A stretch of 64,000 nt of DNA. Origin: Sphaerodactylus townsendi (taxonomy: Eukaryota). Below, in pieces: positions 50,801 through 62,800 of the stretch (position 1 is the stretch's first letter; every line of letters starts with the position of its first letter). Where the stretch lies: assembly GCF_021028975.2 (NCBI RefSeq), contig NC_059432.1, positions 37,014,001 through 37,078,000 on the forward strand, read 5' to 3'. A program made the translations under genes and the position numbers. Under the pieces are notes generated by a model. It was given only the letters and a program-made list of their open reading frames with translations, had not been told where the DNA came from and made no database searches.

Positions 50801-53800
50801 NNNNNNNNNNNNNNNNNNNNNNNNNNNNNNNNNNNNNNNNNNNNNNNNNNNNNNNNNNNNNNNNNNNNNNNNNNNNNNNNNNNNNNNNNNNNNNNNNNNN
50901 NNNNNNNNNNNNNNNNNNNNNNNNNNNNNNNNCAAGGCAGCAAAAAGCTCCTCCAATTCAGGATCCACGATGGTTCACCAGCCTGTTTGTGTGGAAGCAC
51001 GTAAAGTAGCAACTTCGTGACGGTGTCATAAAGTACCTCCGACCTTGCGACACGCACGGAACAAAAGGATTTTCATGTTTCCTGTCATGGGAAAGGGAAC
51101 CAATCGGGGCAGAGGGGTGGATGACGCACAGAGTCGACCCCACCCACTGAGCTCAGGTAAGGAGATCCAAGCACGGCAATGTGCGGATTAACCAACTTTT
51201 CGTGGCAGCCCGAGCTCAGCCGCTGTGTGGACAGTGAGTCGAATTCATGAAGAAAAATTCAGGCGGACGCAAGTCGAGCTCAACAGAATGTGCTGTGGGG
51301 AATCACCCTTAGTGTCTTAAGATAAACACTTGCTCTTGATTTCCACACTTCCTGTGTGTCTGACAGTACCTGTGACATCCAATTGTGAAGCTGTTATCTG
51401 GGTGAGCAATCGGACTCTTATCTTCATTTCACAGCACACTACTTTCAGTGACATCATGAGGTCTGGCAGTAATTGAATCTGTTTCTTACACATTTGTATC
51501 CCACCTTCCCTTAAATACGTGTAGAGGTTCCTTTCACCAATTTTCTCCTCTATGCCCCTGTGAATTTGGTTGAGACGTGGAACAGACAAATTGTTTTAAC
51601 AAACCTAATGGCTATGGAGGTTTGAACCTGGATCCCCTTGCTCCAAGGCCAACACTCTAACCATTATATTCTACTGCCCACTCAACACGAGAATCTGCAG
51701 TATACTTGTAAGAAATAAATAAGTGAATATTTCGGGGATAGATTTTTCTTAGAATAACTAACCTGGACATATCCGGCTTCAACAATTCTTTGGCTGTGTT
51801 ATGTACGTGAGAATGTCCTCCTGCTCTCTGAACAGGCTTTGGGGGAAGTGGTTTGGAAATCCTTTTGGAGTAAAATAGCAATTAATTATTGAAGGAACAG
51901 ATAAAGGATTCAGCGGGTGTCCTGCAATGCTGCCCGCCCACACCGAGGCCTTTCTATCTCCCTTCCCACGTCAGCCTCTTGCATCTTCGAAAAGTTGCAC
52001 CTTACGATTGGGGATAAGGCATAAAGGGCTCAAGTTAAAAGCACTTTATGTGAGTGCAGTTGCAAAACACTACTCAAAACCAGTAAAGAAACTCTCTCCC
52101 CAGAATAAAAACTTAATTTGCAAAAACAGTAGGTAGCAATGTGATAATCATGAGACAACCCCACGGCCTTCCAAATCACAGCATTCTGAGAAACTGATGC
52201 ATTCAGTCACAAAGGCAACTGTTTTAATCCAGAAAAGTGTAAACACATTGAAAACAGGAAGTGATTTCATTTATTTTTGTGGAGTTTAGGCCATATCCTA
52301 TCATCCCCCACCCCCTCCTGGCCACAGAACTGGTTCACACATTTGTCAAATTACCTACATGCAGTTGAGAAGAGAGTACTCATGCTTGCTATCCGCCATA
52401 GGCTTTATATAATGGGTGAGTAAGTGTATATTGTGGGGACAACAGATATGTGGTGAAGGTCACTTCCGGGTTTTGTCTGTTGTACTGAATTTAAAGGACT
52501 ATTACCTTAATGAATGTGTGAAGAAGAAGAGTAGAGTAGAAGAGTTTGGATTTATATCCCCCCTTTCTCTCCTCTAAGAGACTCAAAGGGGCTTACAATC
52601 TCCTTTCCCTCCCCCCCCTCACAACAAACACTTTGTGAGGTGGGTGGGGCTGAGAGAGCTCCAAAAAGCTGTGACTCGCCCAGCTGGTGTGTGTGGGAGT
52701 GCACAGGCTAATCTGAATTCCCCAGATAAACCTTGACAGCTCAAGTGGCAGAGCAGGGAATCAAACCCGGTTCGTCCAGATTAGAATGCACCTGCTCTTA
52801 ACCACTACGGCACTGCTGCTCCTGCGAAAAAGTACACAGACTTGGCAGGAATCTCAAAAAACTGGGAGCACACACAATAGTCCAGACTCCTCAAAAAGGG
52901 AGCTGTACCATGGAAACATAGCTTCCCATTCATGGCAGCCGACACGGGCAGAAAAACACCTACAATGACAAAGGTGTGCATTTGAATTTCTAGGTAGGTT
53001 TTGGACTGGCATTCCAGATAACGTTCCTCACTTGATGCAGAAAAGGTTGTTGGGAGAAGTTAGTAGGCCTTATTTCTGTGATATTTCGATATATTCCCAA
53101 TTTAACTGATTGTAAAATGCATCATCCCCCTCTGTGAAATTTCTAGCTTCCACTTAAAAATATATGTGGATACATTGCACTTATCAAACGACTAGGAAAT
53201 GTTTCTGAAGGGAATGAGATTATATCCCATTTGGTTTCACACCAGCTGGTCAAACAGTTACAAGTGGGAACTGTCCAGTCAGGCTGGAGAAGTCAAAGAT
53301 TTACTGTACTTCCTGTTTACTGTTTTATAATTTGATTTCTAGGCTGTCCTTCCCCTCACAGGCTCCTGTGTGCCCTAAGCCACAGATCTGCCTTAAGCAC
53401 CTATGCTAGATGAAAGTCCTCTGAACAGAAAACATTTTCAGTGAATTACAAATAAGGAGTCTCACAATAATTAATTACCTGGTTAAGGGAGGTGATGATT
53501 TTTCCTGTTTCAAGAAAATGAACTGTTAATTAGCAGTTGAAAATGATATTTTAGGCCGTTTATTTCTTGGAAAACATTTCTAAATTACACCCAGCAAACA
53601 GTATATCCAAGCTGTATTCAGGACACGTAGGGAGAGAGAGCCTGTGAATGAATTATTGCTAAAACTTAAATGTCCAGGTCACTGCTGATCTTGAAAGGTG
53701 CCACAAAACAAAGAATCTAAATTACTCATGTTTTGCCAAATCACTTTTAGACCACTAAGCACTGCTCAATGTAGCAGTGCTTGGTAAGTAGCCTATTGAA

Positions 53801-56800
53801 CAATTCTGTGCTTGGCAGCTAATGATGTTAATTGTTAATAGCACTTCTGCTACTGAATATTTGTTAAAATAATTAATTATGGTGCCAAAGTATGTTGGAA
53901 AGCACATGTCAGAGCAATCTGGTCAGTGACCGGATGGGAGATCTCTGGTATTGTGCATGACTTCCTTGATGGGCTATACTGATAAAAGAAGCAAGACTGC
54001 AATCTAAGTAGAGTTACACCCTTCTAAGCCCATTGAGTTCAATGAACTTAGAAGATGGTAATTCGATTTAGAATGGTAGTGCCAATTAATTTATATATAT
54101 ATAACCATGGGACCATCTTTTCCCGGGAGTACCAGCTAACACATCAGTATTGACAATCCCACAGCCATCTTGGAGCTCTGCTTAAGCTCAAACAGAAACC
54201 ACCAAGGTCTAAACTCTGGGGAGAAACCCTGGACCCAAACAAAGAGCCAGCCTTCCAGGGTCTTCAGGTCATGGGAGACAATTGGAAGCAAAAGGATGAC
54301 TAAGCAAATCTCAGTCAGGGACTGGCGATAGTGTTGCCTACACCTCTATTCATAAGGACAGTGAACTCCTACAGATGTTCTGCCCCATAGTAAAACCAGA
54401 CTGATCTATTAGAAAGTCTTCAGATGTTTCTTAGGAATAAAATCATTAGAAAGTTAATTGGAGTTTACAATTACAAAGATATAATCACAAATATACATTG
54501 AGAAGAATGGTTGTGAAGCTTAAGAAAATTCTAAGCTTAGCCAAAGCTTGCTCCACTTTGGACTGTAAACATGAGCAATGCAGATCTGAACAAGGTGTAG
54601 ATTTCCCTTTTTTTAACTGTGGGGAAATGCATTTAAGTGAATTTGATGTTGGGTACATAGATTACATCTAATAAATGAAAACAGCATGCCCCTGTGCATG
54701 CTGGACTCCGAATTGCTTTTTTTAAAAAATATATACATATAGGGTCTTACCTCTTCCTCAGGAATTTCGTAGACATCTGAAAAAAAATTATGCACTTAGA
54801 AAGAACAAAACCAAAATATCCACACATGCAAAATCAAGTACAAGAATTATACAAAGCATGCATATTAAAAGAAGTCTAGCTGGAAAAAAATCATTTCAGT
54901 TTAAAAACGGGAGTTTCTTTTAAATTTTTTTAATGTCAGTCATGTTAATCCTATGGGAAATAAGTGATTTTTTAAAAAAAATTAAACTTCATTTCTATAA
55001 ACACATTTTCATTAACAATTCATTCTGTAATGCTGTGGTGTTGTTAAAATGAAAATGAAAAGCACAGCATATCTAATTGTTCAAGTGCAACTTTAATGAG
55101 ATCTTAGTTTTAAGCTTCAGCAAAACCGACTGCTGATATAGATCTGTTGCTGATAGCCACTAGGGGGTGTTGTTTTACCTGAAAGCAACACAGGAAAGAA
55201 CAGAATATAGTAATAATTTCGTAATGGAGCAGTATCTGATGAACCATTGGCATTTATATTTTCAAAGGAAGAGTGGCTATTTTTTGCTTCTCTGAACTAG
55301 TAGCCTTTGGTGTACCTTGAAACCTATTTTGCACCTGGCATCACATGATTCAATTAAGTTGGCAACACACCCTGTATTACATTTTTAAACTCTGCAGGTT
55401 GCAAACTAGGGGATCTTCCATTATGCTGTAAATATTTTTTCTCTTTCTCTTCTCCTTCTTACTTTCTTTTTTGCATTAAACATCCATCCTGCTAAAATTT
55501 CTAGGGAATGCATAAGCTTTCTTATTGTTTGTGATACTATGGCTGCTGGTTCTAATTAAAAAAGATCACCATGGTTACCTTTGTCCATTTTAGGAAATCA
55601 CCTTTGTCCATTGTCCATTGATCACCTTTGTCCATTTTGGGAAATATCCAGTTTAGTCATGAAAGTGAGGGATGATCCAACTGAAAGAAGATGGTCCTTG
55701 GACAGAATTTGCCTATGGGAGTTGCCTAGCCGCCATCTACTAGGTGATATTACCCAATGTGACTTCTAAGCCCTTTACCAAGCGCACTGTTTAATCAATC
55801 TCCAGCTTTTAAAACATAGACGCTACCAAATGTTTCTTATGTTGTCTGTCTTACAAGAGACTTATTGCTGAGAAGTCATCTGATGAATTGTTGCTTTTAT
55901 ATTCTCAAAGGGAGATTGACCCAGTTTTTGAACATCTCTATCTGAGTAGCCTCTGGTGCGTTTTGAAGTCTGTTTTATAGCCAGCAACTCCTAATTTAAT
56001 TAAGACTGAAACGTATCATTTTGATGCCCTTCAACTCCTTCATAATGCCATGGACCATCATGGTTGCCTACAATTTATGCCTATTAACATCCACAAAATT
56101 GTAATTAAACTACACTGTAATGAAAGGGAAATCACCATCTTTGCTATGACTTGTTTAAACAATATAGGCTTAATGAAGCCTGATGAATGCGCCAGAGAGA
56201 ACAGTGACCAGCTTCCTCAAGTGAGCAAAAAAGCAGCTTCGAGCTGATCAGCAACAGATCCAAAACTGGCCTTGAACATAGTCAACCCACCTTAGAGCCA
56301 GCAGTGCAGAAACGCTGCCATTTGAGGGATTGATGTTCGGTGAATAACTTGACTAATGTGTTGAAAATAAATCTTGTTGCATGATGGAATAACTACGTTG
56401 CTGTATTGTTAGCTACATATTGCATTGAGTGGGCTGTACATTCAGAGCCATTTAGTGGTTTTTTTTAACCAATGAATAATTTTTCAGACGAGCCCATATT
56501 TTCTAAATGCAGAACGATTACCATAATAGTAATATTAATATGGATTGTACGTTTGAAAGGGTCCAACATGTTGTACATTCTGATGACACTGTGCTTACGA
56601 CAAGCAGTTAAAATCTTGACTGATATCTCCTCCCAATCTTGCCACGACCCAGAGAGAGGTTGTGCGTGTGTGCGTGTTTGTGTTGGAAAGGGAGGGAAGT
56701 AGCATGGGAACAAGGCTATGCACTTCTAATTCAACATTATTCCCCTCTTTTGTACAGAAGATTTGATAATCTGAAGTTCAGAAACAACTTCCTAAGCAAA

Positions 56801-59800
56801 TGCTTTTATGTTGGCTTTTAAAAGAGGACTGAAAACTGTAAACAAAACTGTAAAATATTCATGATGTTATGTACTGTGAATTTCCTCAGCGCTAGTATAG
56901 AAGTATGCAAAATACACAACGTAATTGAACAGTCCCTTCGGTTTTCATTTAAGCATAATGTTGCCTTTATGGGAAGGAATCTGAACTCGTTTTGTAACAT
57001 TTTGTCAATGAATTGTTTTTCTGTGCAATCTTCATTATGTGGATGTGATTTTTTTTCCATACCTAGCATGGAAGGCGACTCAGGAGCAGGAGGCAGCACT
57101 GAAGAACTGGAAGGATCAAGTTTTGCTGTGGGCTTGACAGCTCTGTTCACCGCTGGGGCTGAGAATGACAAAACAAACATGTCTGACTAAAGATCTCCTG
57201 GGATAACAACTGATCTCCAGGCGACAGAGATCAAGTGCCTTGGAGAAAACAGATGATTTAAAAAGCGGACTCCATGGCAATATACCCCATTGAAGACCCC
57301 GCCCTCCACAAGCCCCGCCCTCCTCAGGTTCCACCTCCAAAATCTCCAGGTATTTTCCAACCCGGAGCGGGCAACTCTAGTGTGTGTCACACATGCGAAA
57401 ACTGACATCACAGATATTTATGACAGAAAATCTGTTGTAGTCCCAAACAATGTCTTCTGGTGTTGTTCTTGCCCATGGCATTACAAACTCATTATTATTT
57501 TTTAACTGAGCAAACCCTTTCTCCTTATACTGCACTGTGAAGTATGATGTAAAACTCCTTAAAGTGAAATGAGTCTGGGATATTCAAACTGCATGCCTGC
57601 GGATCACAGTATTCTGCTTAAAGCAGGATTCAGCAAACTTTGCAGAATCCCAAGAATATTTAATATTCCCATCCCCCTGGGAAGAACTTCATAGTTTTTG
57701 GAGAAAGTTTAGAAATGTATGAAACGTTTCTTTTAAATCTAAGCTGGGCTTTTCTCTCCCCCCACCCACCCCGCCCAAGGCACATAGCCTTTTGCTCCTG
57801 TGCTCCCAATTTAACACCAAGCAGTGTACAATTTTTCCTTTCCTTTTCATCATGTTTTGGAAGAAAAAGGCAACACCTCATTAAAAGCACTGTGTATACA
57901 ATGTTGGCTGCCTGCGTTAATTCTGATAACATTTTGCATTTACCTAGAACACTACAGAAATAATGGATCTTGTCCTCTTGCAAAACTCTAGGCAGCTGGA
58001 TTTTCAGAATGGTTATCTTCCCCATATACTTGGTTTAACAATGTTGTACAAAATGTTGTGCTTACGCTTTATAGGCTGCGGAGGGCTTTCTTCAGTAGGT
58101 TCAATGTAATTGTCATCTTCGTCTTCATCATCAACAGGTACCACATAATCTGCCTGAGGAACATAAAGAAATGAATTAATAAACAGTCATCATGTTAATG
58201 TTTGAAAGGATTTTATAATTTTTATAATACTTTACCTGTGAAGAAATAAAATGAACAAAAAGGATGGACAATTTACATACGGGGCCTCCCTAATACAGGA
58301 AGAATAGCGATCGATTGTTACAGAATGTGATACTGTGAAGATAATATGATCAACCACTGGCACGTTCAAATATTGGCTGCGCCTTTGTTTCAACTCCGAT
58401 GCCACCTCTCTGGTGTACAAAGCCCTGCAGACTCTCTGTTACTCTGAATGGTGGGGTACTATCAAATCTAAAATCATTAAGTTAGGTTACTCCTTGGACT
58501 CTTTGGCCATGCTCCCATCCAAAGAGATTTTTCAATTATTGAAAAGGAGGTTGCTTGATTAGGAACATCAAACCCTATCTGAAAAGGCCTCCAGTTCTTG
58601 CTCTCCTGTTGCCCTGGGCATTCCCTCTATTGGAAATAGGGGCCCCCCATACCTTCATCAAATAATTGTGCCCAGATTACAAAGAGCAATGATGCTGGCC
58701 CACTGCAATGTTCTTCCATCAGCTGTACTAACAGGGAGATTCACCAAAACTCCCTATCATCAAAGGCTATGTACGTGCAATGGAAATTGTGTAGACTCCA
58801 CAGACCATATCCTACTGTATTGCCCTCTTTACGCCGTACCTAGAACCAAATATTTATCAACCCTGCTGATTAAAAAGGAGCACGCATCTAATCTACAAAA
58901 GATTATCTGTTTATCAGACAATCCCAGCAGTGATGTAAATGATGCAGTTGCCAAATTTCGTGACTTGTACATAAGCCAGAGCTCCAGGAGCAAAATCTGA
59001 ACAATACCTTCCCCTTTTTTCTCCCCTTTTTAATGTATAAAAATGCATTTTATATTCTTATGCCGGTTTTTTCTTTCTTATTCAGTTGAATGAATCCTAT
59101 GTATACAACATTGTATTATTACTATGCCAATAAAGGCTCCTTGACTTGATGATCAACCACAGCTGCATGTGTTTTAATTCACTGTCCAAGAATCAAAGCT
59201 TTTTAGGACTCTTGTGCATGCATACACACGCCCATGTCCACGTATACAGGAAACAAGAAGGAATGTTTCCCATGCAACAATGCTTCTGTTTAACATGTAA
59301 CATTATCCAGACACTGAAAGCAACAGAGCAGCCCCTGGTTGTTCAAAGTTCCTTGGGAACACTGGAGAGATTGACCTCACTGAAATTTCCAAGTTTAGGG
59401 AGAAGCTTCCTGAATGCTTATAATATATATATTGTGCCATGAAGAAGAAGAAGAAGAGGAGGAGGAGGTGGTTGGATTTATATCCCCCCTTTCTCTCCTG
59501 TAAGAGACTCAAAGGGGCTCACAATCTCCTTGCCCTTCCCCCCTCACAACAAACACCCTGTGAGGTAGGTGGGGCTGAGAGAGCTCTGAAAAGCTGTGAC
59601 TAGCCCAAGGTCACCCAGCTGGTGTGTGTGGGAGTGCACAGGCTAATTTGAATTCCCCAGATTAGCCTCCACAGCTCAAGCGGCAGAGCGGGGAATCAAA
59701 CCCGGTTCCTCCAGATTAGAATGCACCTGCTCTTAACCACTTAACCACTACGCCACTGGCAGAGCATTAAAGGCCCATTACGCAGTGGCTGATTACCACA

Positions 59801-62800
59801 TGCCAGCAACTGAACCCCGGTGCAGCAAACTTCCTTGTACTAATGTGATCCTAAAGAAATTGGTGCCTCTTATCATTGGTATTTGGGGCATCTTAAGGGT
59901 GTAGTCCCAAGTACCATTTACAGCCACATCCAAAGCCTGAGGCAGCTGGGGATGGTACTGCTACCCCACCACCACCCCTCCTCCAGACAGCTTTTAGGTG
60001 CAGTGGGGAGGCAGGAACACACACACACATACCCCGCCCGCAGCTGCCTGCAAAACCCTCCATTGCCTCAATGCAGTTATACCATCTGAAAGGGTGGAAT
60101 AACTCTGAGCCTGAGGCTGCAGCTTTCCTGGCACCAAAACCCGGGTGGAAGCTAGCTGAAGTTAGCTCCAACCCTAAGATTAACCCCCCCCCCCCCCCCG
60201 CCCCATACTGGCATCTGATTGGACGTCAGGGAAGTTCTACAGCAGCACCCACTTCCGGGTTTTGCCACTACGGAGCTGTGAGGCAGATGGATGTTGGCAC
60301 ACTCTCTGCTGGCAGGGGTACCCCTTATGACGAGGTAGCAAAGCCTGTGCTGCTTCCAAGCATCAATTCAGCCCACTCGTTGGATTGGGCCATTAGAGCT
60401 ACAATGTTAATTTCTGAGGCTTATAACTAGCTTGATTAATCCACGAGTGTTACCTCATTATCAGTGCATTCCTGTTGTTTCAGAGGGATTTTTGGCTTCA
60501 GAGGAAGAGACGGAGGTGGCAAAGAGGCCAGTATCTTTGGTTTAGATGAAGGTTGGCCTGGCAGAGTAGGGAGTAGCTTGGCAATAGGCTGAGGTGGCTG
60601 TTGGCTAGATCGGTTGTCTATATAAATAAGAAAAGAAATCCAGGAATAATTATTACTTTTTGCATGGCTGTCTACAACCTTTCCCATATTTATTTTATCT
60701 ACCTATAGGAAAAAGAGCAGTTCCATAAGCCGATGGACATGTTAAAATCCAGAGATGTGGACATATTAGTAAAAAAAAATCACTTGTTTTAATATTTAAA
60801 AATTGTGTTTTTAGACCTCTGTTTTCCCACATATTTTGCCTGAATTTTCCTTGATACAACTGCAAACAATGCAGCCTGATAAGCTGTATTTTTAATCTTT
60901 ATCAGAGAACAGACACACGGTTATATTCCGTGATAACCAACTTATACCTTGAGAAAGATAAAAAGATAAACAAAAACTCTTTTAGGGAATCATACAATGG
61001 CCAATACAATAAGTAATAGAATAAATCTTCAACATGGTCGCTTTGACATCACAGTATATCTTTAAGAGGGAAGTGCTGATACCTGCCCTCCAAATATGCT
61101 GTAAGAATCTAAATTCTCTGAACGTTTTCCTTAAATTTGGAAATGAAGTATTCTGTAAATGACTGGAAATTATAATGCTTTGAAAAACTCCCTACCGTTA
61201 AGAGGACCGATTATTCTGCATTACTGCTCTATCCAAACCTAGATGAAATGTATAGAGTTGCTTATGAAGACTGCTGAAATACATGATTAATGGTGTCTTA
61301 GGTTGATAGTGAATATTGCCTCCACCGCCACCTATTAACTGTGTACAATCTTGTTCTCTGCTCCATATCTGTTGCAATGAAAGAGGTTATGTGAGAACAA
61401 GTTATATGTATGCGTCTTTCTCCGATGGAAGAGTCACATAAACTGACGGAATGCTCCTCCTGTTTAAGATAGGATATATGGTGATATATTTTCTGCCATG
61501 TACAAGGTAGAACTGAAACGTTCTATCCTATTTGAGTCGACAAAGAAGTCAACCTGTTTAAGCTCAGTTCTGAGAAGACCATTTAAAGCCTTCCCATTTA
61601 TTTCAAATTCTGCACTCTCTACAAAATACCAGCAGTAAAGGAATGGCACATGGAATCACATATAATGATTACCTGCGTATTCTCCTCTGGAAATTGAGAA
61701 CGCTGCAGGAATCTTCTTGTTCTCCTTCTCGCTTGGAGGGGGCTCATAGCTGTCATCACCATTGTCTCCATTGGGAACCACGTACGTGTCTGAATCGGGA
61801 TCATCAGGATTCTCATAATCACTATTTTCCTAGAAAAAAGAAGTGGGTTGTTTTCTAAATAAACTGTGACTTGGAATGTTTTTTAAGACTGTGCAGAATT
61901 GGGTTACTCTCCACAGTGTCCTTTAAAAATACATTATCAGAATAAGTGAATAATTATCTTGACATTCCCATTATTTCAGTGTTCGCATGTGCTCATTTTT
62001 GACTGTCAATTATCTGCATTTGCAGGTAGCCATTCACAGAAATTTCATATCACGCTATGTTCTGCTCAGTACAATGGTGTGCATCCCATGATCGCACAGT
62101 TATGGCTCTTACCTACCCTCTACCCAGTGGCCCAAAGAGACTTCCAAGTTACTAATGTTAGAGCTTGCAGGACTCATGTGGACAAAACAGTATGTCATCT
62201 GAGAAGGTTGCAATGAAGAGAGAGAACCAGATTTGTACAGGTTCTGCATGAACAGAATTTCTTTCCTCAGCCAAAGTCTTGCTGAAGTAAGTGGAAGGGG
62301 AGAAGAATTTTACCCAGTTCTTCTGTTTTTCTTCACTCCCTGGGGTACATTTTTTTTTGTACATGCAAGCCCTGCAACATCCAGGATCAGATTTTTCAGG
62401 GCATTGGGATTGTGGGGACAGAGGAGAGTAGAAAAGAAGTGTTTCATGGAAAACTGTACACATGACTCTCTGTTAGGGATTCCAGCATCTAGGCGGGATT
62501 TGGAGACTACAGACTACAGAAATCAGTTCCCTCAGAGAAAATGGATGCTTTGAAGGGTGGATTCAATTGCATTGTATTCCACTGAGATCCCTGTTCTCCC
62601 CAGACTCCATCCCCAGATCTCCTGGAGTTTCTCCACTTGATCTAGCAACCCTATTCTACCCCCTACCCCAAGATCCCATGCTGGTGTACCTGGCAAACCT
62701 ACTTTCTGTGTATATATAGCATGGTGCTTTTTTGAGTAGTGTAGAACACCAGTGCTACTTTTTTTGTTTGATTAGAACATCAGTGCTGCATTGTAAGTGT

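Noticed and set aside
50399-51057. Long ORFs crossing the N run
   Set aside because: Artefacts of translating an assembly gap
59690-59758. tRNA-like A/B boxes here and in the other SINE heads
   Set aside because: They are SINE 5' heads attached to SINE bodies, not tRNA genes
6840-59758. All five young Squam3 copies are on the - strand
   Set aside because: Sample too small, and the copies are split between intergenic and intronic contexts
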